A program made the translations under genes and the position numbers. This document shows positions 1-9,638 of a stretch of DNA of 64,000 nt, in pieces. The stretch is from positions 246 through 64,245 of the forward strand of contig CALGXF010000011.1 of assembly GCA_937935995.1 (NCBI GenBank), read 5' to 3'. The notes under the pieces were generated by a model. That model was given only the letters and a program-made list of their open reading frames with translations, did no database searches and was not told the DNA's origin. The DNA is from an uncultured Alphaproteobacteria bacterium. GTDB lineage: Bacteria; Pseudomonadota; Alphaproteobacteria; CAAHEQ01; UBA3637. Numbering within the stretch: the first letter of the stretch is position 1; each line of letters starts with the position of its first letter.

Positions 1-30
1 TCGAGTCTGACAACAAAACAGGGGATAAAA

Positions 31-504
31 ATGGTCAAGAAAAGCTGCCTTTTCCTTGATACCATCACCAATAAGATTGATACGAAAGGTCGCGTATCGA
101 TTCCCGCCGATTACCGCTCTATTTTAGACGAACGTCAAGTTGAATTGGTTCTTTATCGTTCTTTTTTGCATCCGTGTATCGAAGGATGTACCGCCGATTT
201 ACTGGAACACATGGCCGGAACGATTGACCAGACATTCGATACTTTTTCAAAAGAACAAGATGATTTGACGGCTTTAATTTTTGCCGACTCGAAAGTCTTT
301 GTCCCGGACAGCACCGGTCGTATTTCTTTAACGCCGAAATTATTATCCCATGCCCTGTTATCGGACAGTGCTGTTTTTGTCGGAAAAGGGAAAACTTTTC
401 AAATTTGGCAACCGGCTTTATGGGAAGATTCTTTGCTAAAGATTCGGCAAAGAGCTTTTCAAGAACCGTTGACATTATCCCGTAAAACGGAGGGGATCTC
501 ATGA
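31..504 (+). CDS. mraZ: Transcriptional regulator MraZ
   Basis: 157-aa ORF, first gene of the dcw cluster. Length and position upstream of rsmH are typical for MraZ. RBS-like aggggat before ATG. Confidence 0.85.
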   Translation: MVKKSCLFLDTITNKIDTKGRVSIPADYRSILDERQVELVLYRSFLHPCIEGCTADLLEHMAGTIDQTFDTFSKEQDDLTALIFADSKVFVPDSTGRISLTPKLLSHALLSDSAVFVGKGKTFQIWQPALWEDSLLKIRQRAFQEPLTLSRKTEGIS

Positions 505-1418
505 CGTCTCGGTCCCACATTCCCGTTTTATTGAAAGAAGTCATTGATGTTTTAGACATCCGACCAAACGGTATTTATGTAGACGGCACGTTCGGTGCAG
601 GCGGCTATACGGAAACGATTTTAAATGCAGCGCCCAACGTCCGTGTCTTTGCCATTGATCAAGACGAAACTGCCATCGCCGCCGGACAAAACTTGGTTCA
701 AAAATATGCACCACGCTTGACTTTAATTCATGGGCGGTTCGGCGATATGGCAAACTTAATTGACGAACCCGTCGACGGCATTGTGTTGGACATCGGCGTT
801 TCTTCCATGCAGATTGATCAGCCTCAACGCGGTTTTTCATTTCAAAAAGACGGGCCGCTGGATATGCGCATGGGACAAACGGGGCAAACGGCCGCCGATG
901 TTGTCAATACGTTTAAAGAATCTGACTTGGCCGATATTTTTTATGAATACGGAGAAGAAAAAGCCTCTCGTCGCATTGCCCGCAAAATTGTCGAGCGGCG
1001 CACACAGAAAAAATTTGAAAACACATTGGATTTAGCCGATGTCATCCGTTCCTGCCTGCCCCGAAAACCGGGTGAAATAGATGCGGCAACACGAACTTTT
1101 CAAGCGTTAAGAATTTACGTCAATGATGAATTGGGAGAATTAAAACGCGGGCTTCAGGGGGCTAAACGCCTGCTGAACCCAAATGGTATCTTGGCAGTTG
1201 TTTCGTTCCACTCTTTGGAAGACCGAATTGTTAAAAATTTTATGGCTCAAGAATCCGGACATATTCCGAACCCGTCTAAATACATGCCGGAAGTTCAAAA
1301 AAAAGCGCCGTCTTTCGAGATTTTGACGAAAAAACCGATAACACCGTCAGCGGCCGAATTATCTGACAACCCGCGGGCGCGGTCCAGTCGGCTCCGGGCG
1401 GCAAGGAGGTTGTCATGA
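501..1418 (+). CDS. rsmH: 16S rRNA (cytosine1402-N4)-methyltransferase RsmH/MraW
   Basis: 305 aa. SAM-MTase glycine motif DGTFGAGGYT. ATGA overlap with mraZ. Conserved position in dcw. Confidence 0.9.
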   Translation: MTSRSHIPVLLKEVIDVLDIRPNGIYVDGTFGAGGYTETILNAAPNVRVFAIDQDETAIAAGQNLVQKYAPRLTLIHGRFGDMANLIDEPVDGIVLDIGVSSMQIDQPQRGFSFQKDGPLDMRMGQTGQTAADVVNTFKESDLADIFYEYGEEKASRRIARKIVERRTQKKFENTLDLADVIRSCLPRKPGEIDAATRTFQALRIYVNDELGELKRGLQGAKRLLNPNGILAVVSFHSLEDRIVKNFMAQESGHIPNPSKYMPEVQKKAPSFEILTKKPITPSAAELSDNPRARSSRLRAARRLS

Positions 1419-1747
1419 AACGATTTTTGTTTAATTGTTTCTTCCTGCTCTGTGCTTTGATTGCGTGTGCCGGTATGTTCATTTTAAAATATCAGGTGCT
1501 GGACAAAGAAGAACAATTGACGGCCTTACAACGCCAAATCATTCAAAATCAACGCACTATCCATGTTTTAAAAGCAGAATGGACCCATTTGAACGACCCG
1601 CAAAGAATCCGTTTGTTAATTGCCGGACATACTCGTTTGGATGTGATTAAGCCGTCTCAAATCATTCAATTGGAAGACGTTGCTTTTAAAGAAGCGCCTT
1701 TACCCGGTCGCAAGCCGGAAATTATTCCCGCAGCCTACGAGGAATAA
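1415..1747 (+). CDS. ftsL: Cell division protein FtsL (small bitopic membrane protein)
   Basis: 110 aa with an N-terminal TM segment then a coiled-coil-like region. Located between rsmH and ftsI. RBS ggagg. Confidence 0.7.
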   Translation: MKRFLFNCFFLLCALIACAGMFILKYQVLDKEEQLTALQRQIIQNQRTIHVLKAEWTHLNDPQRIRLLIAGHTRLDVIKPSQIIQLEDVAFKEAPLPGRKPEIIPAAYEE

Positions 1748-1749
1748 AC

Positions 1750-3483
1750 ATGCTGCGCCGCAAAAAGACTCCTTATTACTACGTCGGTCAGGAAATCCCG
1801 ACTTCATCCAACGATCGGTATCGTTTTTTAGATAAAACAACCGTCAGCGCATTAAAAACCGGCCGGTTTCGGATGCTGTTGGTTGCTTATTTGTTTTTAA
1901 TCGCCTTTGCCGTTTTAAGTGTTCGACTGTTTGAACAAACCATCTTAAAGAAAAATACCTCGCGCCCCCAACACAGCATGCTTGTTGCCGGAGACTTGCC
2001 GGTCAATCGTGCCGATATTGTGGATCGCAACGGCACGATTTTGGCAACCAGCCTGCCAACCGTCGATTTATATGTGGATGCACGCGATATTTCAAACCCG
2101 GAACAAATGGCGCGCGACATCTTAAAAATTCTGCCGACACTGGACAAAGAAGATTTATTGGAAAAATTAAAATCACAATCCAGTTTTAAATACTTAAAAC
2201 GGAACCTGACGCCCAAAGAACAATATGCCATCAACCGGCTGGGGTATCCGCAACTGAATTTTACCGACGGCGAACAACGCATTTATCCGCAAAGCCATTT
2301 ATTTTCCCATATCATCGGCCTTACCAACATTGACAACAAAGGCATTGCCGGTCTTGAAATGGCCTTTCATCAACGATTAACGACAGACAAACACCCTTTA
2401 CAGCTTTCCGTAGACACCGGCGTTCAAAACATTATCCGGTACGAACTGACCAAAGCCATGGATACATTCAGCGCTTCCGCCGGAGCCGCTCTTGTCATGA
2501 ATGCGCAAAACGGTGAAATCATTGCTTTAACGTCTTTACCTGATTTTGATCCGAATCGACCGTCCACACGAACAGATTATAATATTTTTAACCGAGCAAC
2601 TTTGGGGTTATACGAAGTCGGCTCTGTCATGAAACCGTTCACGGTTGCAATGGGTTTGGAAACGGGTTTAATTACGCCCAATGACCGAGTAGATGCCACC
2701 AAACCGCTTCGTTTGGGACGCTTTACCGTGACGGACTTTCAAGGGAAAAACCGATTTTTAACCATTCCGGAAGTGCTGATTTATTCATCCAATATCGGTT
2801 CGGCCAAAATCGGCATGGCTGTGGGCGTAGACGAGCAAAAAGCCTTTTTGGAAAGATTTGGATTATTGTCTGTTGTCCCGTGTGAACTGCCTGAACGCGG
2901 TCGGCCGATTCAACCGGATGTTTGGCGAGAAGTCAACGGAGCGACTATTTCTTACGGATACGGCATTGCGGTCTCTCCATTGCACATGGCAACCGCTGTC
3001 AGTGCTTTGGTTAACGGCGGATTATATCGGCCGCCGACTTTTTTGAAAAACGGAAACAAAGACACGCCGGCCACGCAAATTATTTCACCGAAAACGTCTC
3101 AAATCTTAAGACACATGATGCGCGCCGTCATTGATATCGGTTCCGGTAAACGCGCAAACATCAAAGGGTATCTGGTGGGCGGCAAAACCGGATCCGCCGA
3201 AATGCAGGATTTACACGGCCGATATATCAAAGGGACACTTCGCACATCGTTTGTCGGTGCTTTTCCGATGGACAATCCGCAATATGTTTTGTATGTTATG
3301 TTGGAAAACCCGAAAAAACGAAAGGAAGATTGGTACTTTAATACAGCCGGGTGGAACGCTGCCCCGACAGGCGGTGCCATGATTGAAGCCATCGCGCCTC
3401 ATTTAGGCGTTACACCCAAAGAAGAGCTTGAAAAGCCCTCCTATATTGAAGTAGCTTATGAACAGTATAAACCCAAAAAATAG
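1750..3483 (+). CDS. ftsI: Peptidoglycan D,D-transpeptidase FtsI (PBP3)
   Basis: 577 aa. N-terminal TM. SVMKP-like active-site region (GSVMKPF), SSN and KTG motifs (YSSNIG, GGKTGSAE) of class B PBPs. Confidence 0.9.
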   Translation: MLRRKKTPYYYVGQEIPTSSNDRYRFLDKTTVSALKTGRFRMLLVAYLFLIAFAVLSVRLFEQTILKKNTSRPQHSMLVAGDLPVNRADIVDRNGTILATSLPTVDLYVDARDISNPEQMARDILKILPTLDKEDLLEKLKSQSSFKYLKRNLTPKEQYAINRLGYPQLNFTDGEQRIYPQSHLFSHIIGLTNIDNKGIAGLEMAFHQRLTTDKHPLQLSVDTGVQNIIRYELTKAMDTFSASAGAALVMNAQNGEIIALTSLPDFDPNRPSTRTDYNIFNRATLGLYEVGSVMKPFTVAMGLETGLITPNDRVDATKPLRLGRFTVTDFQGKNRFLTIPEVLIYSSNIGSAKIGMAVGVDEQKAFLERFGLLSVVPCELPERGRPIQPDVWREVNGATISYGYGIAVSPLHMATAVSALVNGGLYRPPTFLKNGNKDTPATQIISPKTSQILRHMMRAVIDIGSGKRANIKGYLVGGKTGSAEMQDLHGRYIKGTLRTSFVGAFPMDNPQYVLYVMLENPKKRKEDWYFNTAGWNAAPTGGAMIEAIAPHLGVTPKEELEKPSYIEVAYEQYKPKK

Positions 3484-3493
3484 GACATATCGA

Positions 3494-6313
3494 ATGCGCT
3501 TATCAGAACTTTTTCACTTTGCAAAAATCGCTCTTCCCATTGAAAACGATGTCGAAATTCAAGGATTAGCACGCGATTCTCGGGAAGTCAAACCCGGTTA
3601 TTTGTTTGCCGCCATGGACGGGTATCAAGGCAGCGGCATCGATTATGTCAATGAAGCCGTTCAAAACGGTGCTGTGGCTGTTTTAACGAACCACCCCAGT
3701 TTGGAAACAAGTGTCCCTGTTTACTATGTCGACCATATTCGCGAAGCGCTGGCCTTGATGAGCGTCGGTTTTTACCAACCACACCCGCAACACTTGGCTG
3801 CCGTCACGGGAACAAACGGCAAAACGTCGACTGTTTTCTTTTTGCGGCAAATTTGGGAATACGCCGGACATAAAAGCGCCAGTTTAGGTACGCTCGGCGT
3901 TCAGTCCGAAGGATACATACATTACAGCGGCATGACCACCTCTGCCAGCGTAACATTAAATCAGGAATTACAAGCTGTGGCACAAACCGGTGTCACACAT
4001 GCTGCTTTGGAAGCATCCAGCCACGGACTGGATCAACATCGTTTGGACGGGTTGACATTCGAAGCAACAGCTTTTACAAATCTGACTCGTGATCATTTGG
4101 ACTACCATAAAACGATGGAAAATTATCTGAAAGCCAAAATGCGGCTTTTCACGGATTTAACGGCCGAAGGCGGAACTGTTGTTTTAAACGCCGACATTCC
4201 GGAATTTGACAGAATGGATAAAACGTGTCGTTTTCACGGATTAAAAGTATTATCTTACGGACAAAACGGCCAAGCATTGCGATTGGTAAAACAAACACTC
4301 CATGAAGCCGGACAAGATTTAACCGTCAACATCCTTGGTAAAACTTATGACATAAAACTGCCGGTTGCCGGCGCTTTTCAAGGCATGAATATTTTATGTG
4401 CTTTAGGTTTGGCCATCGGAACGGGTATCCCTGCCGAAACGGCCGTACAGGCACTTCAAACCATCAAAGCACCTGACGGACGAATGGAATTGGTCGGCCG
4501 GACACAGGAAGGAGCCAGTATTTTTGTTGATTATGCGCATACACCGGACGGATTGGAAACGGCGTTAAAATCATTGCGCCATCACACACAAAATAAATTG
4601 CATGTTTTATTCGGATGCGGCGGCAACCGAGACATTGGTAAACGGCCGATTATGGGAAAAATCGCCGGAGAATTGGCTGATGAAGTCATTGTGACGGACG
4701 ACAATCCCCGCTTTGAAGATGCGGCCGAAATCCGCCGCCAGATTTTATCGGCGGTTCCTCAAGCCACAGAAATTGACGACCGGGCAGTTGCCATTTACAC
4801 AGCCATCTCTCGGTTAAAGGCCGGCGATGTACTGCTTTTGGCCGGAAAAGGGCATGAAGAAGGCCAGCTGATTAACGGCATGATGTATACGTTTAATGAC
4901 CGGATTCAGGCTTTGTTAGCGTTAAAAGCATTAAAAGAAAAACCGCTGTGGACCAAACAGGAATTACAAGAAGCGACCGGCGGTATTTTGCCGGAAAATA
5001 TCCGGGCTTACGGCGTATCGATTGACACACGGTCATTACAACCGGGCGACCTTTTTATTGCCCTCAAAGGCGATAAACTGGACGGACACACGTATGTTGA
5101 ACAGGCCCTGAAAAAAGGAGCCGTTGCGGCCATCGTCGATCATCCGATGGTTATCCCCGATTCAGACAAGTTGTTGGTCGTTCCCGACACAGGCAAAGCT
5201 CTTTATCAAATGGCAACTTATGCCAAAAATGCAAGCAAAGCCATCCGCATCGGTATCACCGGCAGTTCCGGGAAAACAACGTCCAAAGAAATGCTTGTGC
5301 GCGCCCTTTCCACGCAAGGAAAAGTCCACGCAACCGCCGGCAATCTGAACAACGAATGGGGTGTTCCTTTAACATTGGCGCGTTTGCCGAAAGATGCCGA
5401 TTATGCCGTTATCGAAATGGGAATGAATCACGCGGGGGAATTAACACGCCTGTCTCAATTGGTGGAACCCAAAATCGTTCTCATAACAATGATTGGCTCT
5501 GCCCATCGGGAATTTTTCAAATCAGAAGAAGAAATTGCCGCCGCCAAATCCGAAATCTTTTCGCACATGATGCCGGATGGAACGGCTGTTTTGAATGCCG
5601 ATTCGCCGTTTTTTGATTTTTTGAAGCAAAAAGCGGATTCTTACGGTGTTCATTCCATTTTGTCTTTCGGGCAAAACAGTCAAGCGGACAGCCGTCTGAT
5701 TGATATGCAAACACAGGCCGGACGGACAACCGTTCAGGCAAACGTATCCGGCACGCTTTTGACTTTCACCATGAACCTGTGCGGATTGCACTTTGTTCAA
5801 AACGCTTTGGGCATATTAGCGGTTGTCGCCGCCGTTCAGGGCGATTTATCCAAAGCTGCCGACGGTCTGGCCGGCATGTCTGCCGTCAAAGGGCGCGGCG
5901 CTTTTATTCAAACCGTTTATCACGGAAAAGCCCTCACCGTTATTGATGATGCGTATAATGCCAATCCGTCTTCAATGGCAGCCTCTCTTTCCGTGCTGGG
6001 GACACAACCCGGCCGTAAAATTGCCGTTTTGGGAGATATGTTGGAATTGGGGGAATTCGCGGAAACTTTGCATACAAATTTAGCAGATAATTTGCTGGAA
6101 ATTCAAGTTGATAAAGTGTATGCTGTAGGCGAGATGATGAAAAAGCTTTATGAAAAACTGCCGCAAAATCAGCAAGGTGCTTGGGCCGAAAAAGCATCCG
6201 ACATTTTACCGGCGTTGGAAAAAGAGCTGCAATCCGGTGATACCGTTTTGGTCAAAGCGTCTAATGGCATAAAGCTTTATGAAATCGTCAAAGTCTTAAC
6301 AAGTGGGAATTAA
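3494..6313 (+). CDS. murE-murF: Fused UDP-MurNAc-tripeptide synthetase MurE / UDP-MurNAc-pentapeptide synthetase MurF (single 940-aa reading frame)
   Basis: The N half carries the MurE signature (GTNGKTST P-loop, DNPR motif). The frame runs without a stop or restart through ...FNDRIQALLALKALKEKPLWTKQELQEATGG... into a full MurF half with a second P-loop (GITGSSGKTTSKE). I checked the junction codons at about 4900-4960 directly and found no stop or start. Confidence 0.8.
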   Translation: MRLSELFHFAKIALPIENDVEIQGLARDSREVKPGYLFAAMDGYQGSGIDYVNEAVQNGAVAVLTNHPSLETSVPVYYVDHIREALALMSVGFYQPHPQHLAAVTGTNGKTSTVFFLRQIWEYAGHKSASLGTLGVQSEGYIHYSGMTTSASVTLNQELQAVAQTGVTHAALEASSHGLDQHRLDGLTFEATAFTNLTRDHLDYHKTMENYLKAKMRLFTDLTAEGGTVVLNADIPEFDRMDKTCRFHGLKVLSYGQNGQALRLVKQTLHEAGQDLTVNILGKTYDIKLPVAGAFQGMNILCALGLAIGTGIPAETAVQALQTIKAPDGRMELVGRTQEGASIFVDYAHTPDGLETALKSLRHHTQNKLHVLFGCGGNRDIGKRPIMGKIAGELADEVIVTDDNPRFEDAAEIRRQILSAVPQATEIDDRAVAIYTAISRLKAGDVLLLAGKGHEEGQLINGMMYTFNDRIQALLALKALKEKPLWTKQELQEATGGILPENIRAYGVSIDTRSLQPGDLFIALKGDKLDGHTYVEQALKKGAVAAIVDHPMVIPDSDKLLVVPDTGKALYQMATYAKNASKAIRIGITGSSGKTTSKEMLVRALSTQGKVHATAGNLNNEWGVPLTLARLPKDADYAVIEMGMNHAGELTRLSQLVEPKIVLITMIGSAHREFFKSEEEIAAAKSEIFSHMMPDGTAVLNADSPFFDFLKQKADSYGVHSILSFGQNSQADSRLIDMQTQAGRTTVQANVSGTLLTFTMNLCGLHFVQNALGILAVVAAVQGDLSKAADGLAGMSAVKGRGAFIQTVYHGKALTVIDDAYNANPSSMAASLSVLGTQPGRKIAVLGDMLELGEFAETLHTNLADNLLEIQVDKVYAVGEMMKKLYEKLPQNQQGAWAEKASDILPALEKELQSGDTVLVKASNGIKLYEIVKVLTSGN

Positions 6314-6314
6314 A

Positions 6315-7400
6315 ATGCTGTACTTATTGCTTTATCCTTTGGCCGAATACGTGAGTGTTTTCAATCTGTTGAAATACCAAACATTCCGAACGGGTGCAGC
6401 TATTTTAACATCATTAATGATTTGCTTTATTTTGGGGCCGTCGCTTATTCGGTTTTTGAAGAAAAAACAAGGAAAAGGTCAACCCATTCGTGATAACGGG
6501 CCCGAAACGCACAAGAAAAAAGAAGGCACCCCGACCATGGGCGGATTAATGATTTTAATTTCGTTGTTTTCTTCCGTCTTGTTGTGGGCAGACTTGCGTA
6601 ATCCGTATATCTGGATTGTCTTGTTTTTAACGGGAGCTTACGGCCTTTTGGGTTTTATTGACGATTACTTAAAAGTCATTAAACGTAACTACGCCGGTGT
6701 CTCCGGACATAAAAAATTATTTTGGCAATGTTTGACCGGCGCGATTGCCGTCTTTGCCGTTATGTGCTTCGAAACGCCTGAAATGGCGACACAACTGACC
6801 ATTCCGTTTTTCAAAAACTTTATGATTAATTTAGCGTGTTTTTATCTGGTTTTCGGCGTGCTTGTTGTCGTCGGCTCCTCAAATGCCGTTAACTTGACGG
6901 ACGGATTGGACGGATTGGTTTCCGTGCCGTTGATTATGGCCAACTTGGTCTTTTTGGTTATTGCGTATGTTGCCGGGAACCATATTTTTGCCAATTATTT
7001 ACAAATTCATTATATTCCGGGTATCGGTGAATTGGCTATTTTTTGCGGTGCCGTTATCGGGGCTGTTTTAGGCTTTTTATGGTTCAACGCCCCGCCGGCC
7101 GAAATCTTTATGGGAGACACCGGATCTTTGGCTTTGGGCGGCGCTTTAGGCACACTGGCTGTCGCGACCAAACACGAATTGGTATTGGCCATTGTCGGCG
7201 GTTTATTTGTGGTTGAAGCGTTATCGGATATTCTTCAGGTCAGTTCTTATAAGATGCGTAAAAAACGTGTATTCCTCATGGCGCCGATTCATCACCATTT
7301 TGAAAAAAAAGGCTGGCCGGAAACGCGCGTCGTGGTGCGGTTTTGGATTATTTCCATTGTTTTGGCTCTTATCGGGTTATCAACATTGAAGATTCGTTAA
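6315..7400 (+). CDS. mraY: Phospho-N-acetylmuramoyl-pentapeptide transferase MraY
   Basis: Polytopic membrane protein whose N-terminus MLYLLLYPLAEY... resembles the MraY N-terminus. The ORF-track start at 6303 is GTG, so I prefer the ATG at 6315. Conserved dcw position. Confidence 0.85.
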   Translation: MLYLLLYPLAEYVSVFNLLKYQTFRTGAAILTSLMICFILGPSLIRFLKKKQGKGQPIRDNGPETHKKKEGTPTMGGLMILISLFSSVLLWADLRNPYIWIVLFLTGAYGLLGFIDDYLKVIKRNYAGVSGHKKLFWQCLTGAIAVFAVMCFETPEMATQLTIPFFKNFMINLACFYLVFGVLVVVGSSNAVNLTDGLDGLVSVPLIMANLVFLVIAYVAGNHIFANYLQIHYIPGIGELAIFCGAVIGAVLGFLWFNAPPAEIFMGDTGSLALGGALGTLAVATKHELVLAIVGGLFVVEALSDILQVSSYKMRKKRVFLMAPIHHHFEKKGWPETRVVVRFWIISIVLALIGLSTLKIR

Positions 7401-7401
7401 A

Positions 7402-8541
7402 ATGAAAGGTATGCTTCCCTCTTTGCAACAAGTTCGCTTCTTTCTGGCCGAGTGGTGGCGTACCTTGGACAGATGGTTATTGTGGTCGATTTTTGCTTTA
7501 ATCGTTTGCGGCATTTTTTTAACTTTCTCGGCAAGCCCTGCCGTGGCCGAACGTATTTTAAAAACAAAAGACACATTTTACTTTGTTAAACGCCAGTTGT
7601 TCTTTTTAGTCCCCTCTGTTGTCTTGATGCTGGGCGTATCCATGTTAAATCCCAAACAAATCCGCCGGATTGCCGGGATTGTGTTTATCATATCCTTTGG
7701 CATGCTTGTCATGACATTGTTTGCCGGCATGGAAGTCAAAGGCGCCAAAAGATGGCTGTATTTTCCGGGATTTTCCATTCAACCGTCCGAATTCATGAAA
7801 CCGGCTTTTGCCGTCGTCTGCGCATGGATATTCGCATCCGGCCGCTTAATTGATAAATTCCCGGGTGTTCGCATTGCCGGGTGCCTTTATTTCATTGTGG
7901 TCACTTTATTATTGCTTCAACCCGACGTCGGTATGACCATTACGGTCAGCTCCATTTGGGGATGTCAGTTGTTTTTGGCCGGTATTTCCATTTTATGGGT
8001 GATTATTTTAGGGGCTTTGGGCATTTTGGCTTTTCTCGGGGCTTACTTTGTTTTTCCGCATGTTCAAAGCCGGATTGACCGTTTTTTAAATCCGGAAACC
8101 GGCGATGTTTTCCAAGTCAAAACGTCTTTGGAAGCTTTTCATAACGGCGGATGGTTCGGGCGTGGCCCGGGTGAAGGCATCATCAAAGGGAAACTGCCCG
8201 ACGCCCACACGGATTTTATTTTAGCCGTCGCGGCGGAAGAATTCGGATTTTTTCTGTGTGCCGGCCTGATTTTCTTATTCGCATTTATTTTGTGGCGCGG
8301 CTTTTGGGTCATGAGCAAAGAAAAAAATCTGTTTAATATGCTCGCCGTTGCTGGACTTTTAACGCAATTTGGTGTACAAGCATTCATAAATATGGCGTCA
8401 ACCTTAAATCTTATTCCGACAAAAGGGATGACTTTGCCGTTTATTTCATACGGTGGTTCTTCTTTATTGTCGTTAGCATTCGGGTTCGGCATCATTTTAT
8501 CGTTAACCAGACGACATCCGACTCAAGGAGGATTGGAATGA
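7402..8541 (+). CDS. ftsW: Peptidoglycan glycosyltransferase / lipid II flippase FtsW (SEDS family)
   Basis: 379-aa polytopic membrane protein of the SEDS family. It starts 2 nt after the mraY stop, leaving no room for murD. Confidence 0.85.
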   Translation: MKGMLPSLQQVRFFLAEWWRTLDRWLLWSIFALIVCGIFLTFSASPAVAERILKTKDTFYFVKRQLFFLVPSVVLMLGVSMLNPKQIRRIAGIVFIISFGMLVMTLFAGMEVKGAKRWLYFPGFSIQPSEFMKPAFAVVCAWIFASGRLIDKFPGVRIAGCLYFIVVTLLLLQPDVGMTITVSSIWGCQLFLAGISILWVIILGALGILAFLGAYFVFPHVQSRIDRFLNPETGDVFQVKTSLEAFHNGGWFGRGPGEGIIKGKLPDAHTDFILAVAAEEFGFFLCAGLIFLFAFILWRGFWVMSKEKNLFNMLAVAGLLTQFGVQAFINMASTLNLIPTKGMTLPFISYGGSSLLSLAFGFGIILSLTRRHPTQGGLE

Positions 8542-9638
8542 AGAAAAAATTGATTGTACTGACAACCGGCGGGTCGGGCGGACACGTTTTTCCGGCTGAG
8601 GCTTTTGCAACGGCCATCAAAAACAAAGATTATGAATTAGCTTTCATCACCGATAAACGCATTCAAACTAAAATTCAAGGGACATTGGCAACTTTACCTG
8701 TTCACTACGTTGCTGCCGAAGCCGTCACCGGCAAAGGCATTTTCAAAAAAATCATAGCAGCTTTTAAATTATTATGGGGAACGACGCAATCTGTTTATCT
8801 GTTGACGAAATTAAAACCGTCTTTAGTCATCGGATTTGGCGGATACGCTTCTTTGCCGGCAGCACTGGCTGCTCAATTTTTAAACATTCCCGTTATCTTG
8901 CATGAACAAAATGCGATTTTAGGCCGTGCCAACCGATTGCTGGCGCGACGTACCAAATTAATTGCAACATCGTTTACACCGACGACGCTCATCCCCGAAG
9001 GAATTAAAACCCAGCAAACCGGCATGCCCGTCCGACCGGCGATTTTGGAGAAAATCGGAACACCGTACCCGACAGATACAACCGAATTCAGATTACTTGT
9101 CATGGGCGGCAGTCAAGGAGCTAAAATTTTTGCTTCCGTCATTCCGGCGGCGTTAAATTTATTGTCTCCGGATTTAAAAGCCAAACTTGTGTTGCATCAG
9201 CAAGTTCGTGCCGAAAATATGGAACAAGTTCAAGAAGCTTATCGTAACAGCGGCATTAAAAGCATTACTTTATCACCATTTTTCACGGACGTGCCGGCTT
9301 TGCTGGCCGATGCCCATCTGGTCATTTCCAGATCTGGTTCCTCCTCTTTGGCTGAATTTTCGGCATTAGGTAAACCGGCTTTGCTTATCCCGCTGCCTAC
9401 ATCCGCCGATGACCATCAAACCGCCAACGCGCGCGTATTTACGGCAAACGGTAGCGGATGGCTGATGATTGAAAAAGATTTCACGCCCGAAAAATTAGCG
9501 GCTCGATTAACGGAACTGATGGAAAATCCTGCCATTTTAAAACGAGCTTCCGATTGCGCCCTGCAAACGGCACAGACTAATGCGGCCGGCGCTTTGACAG
9601 AAGCCGTAGAAAAGGTGATTAAAAAGGAAAAATCATGA
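8538..9638 (+). CDS. murG: UDP-GlcNAc:MurNAc-(pentapeptide)-PP-undecaprenol GlcNAc transferase MurG
   Basis: 366 aa. GT28 N-terminal GGSGGHVFPA motif. Overlaps the ftsW stop. RBS ggagg. Confidence 0.9.
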   Translation: MKKKLIVLTTGGSGGHVFPAEAFATAIKNKDYELAFITDKRIQTKIQGTLATLPVHYVAAEAVTGKGIFKKIIAAFKLLWGTTQSVYLLTKLKPSLVIGFGGYASLPAALAAQFLNIPVILHEQNAILGRANRLLARRTKLIATSFTPTTLIPEGIKTQQTGMPVRPAILEKIGTPYPTDTTEFRLLVMGGSQGAKIFASVIPAALNLLSPDLKAKLVLHQQVRAENMEQVQEAYRNSGIKSITLSPFFTDVPALLADAHLVISRSGSSSLAEFSALGKPALLIPLPTSADDHQTANARVFTANGSGWLMIEKDFTPEKLAARLTELMENPAILKRASDCALQTAQTNAAGALTEAVEKVIKKEKS

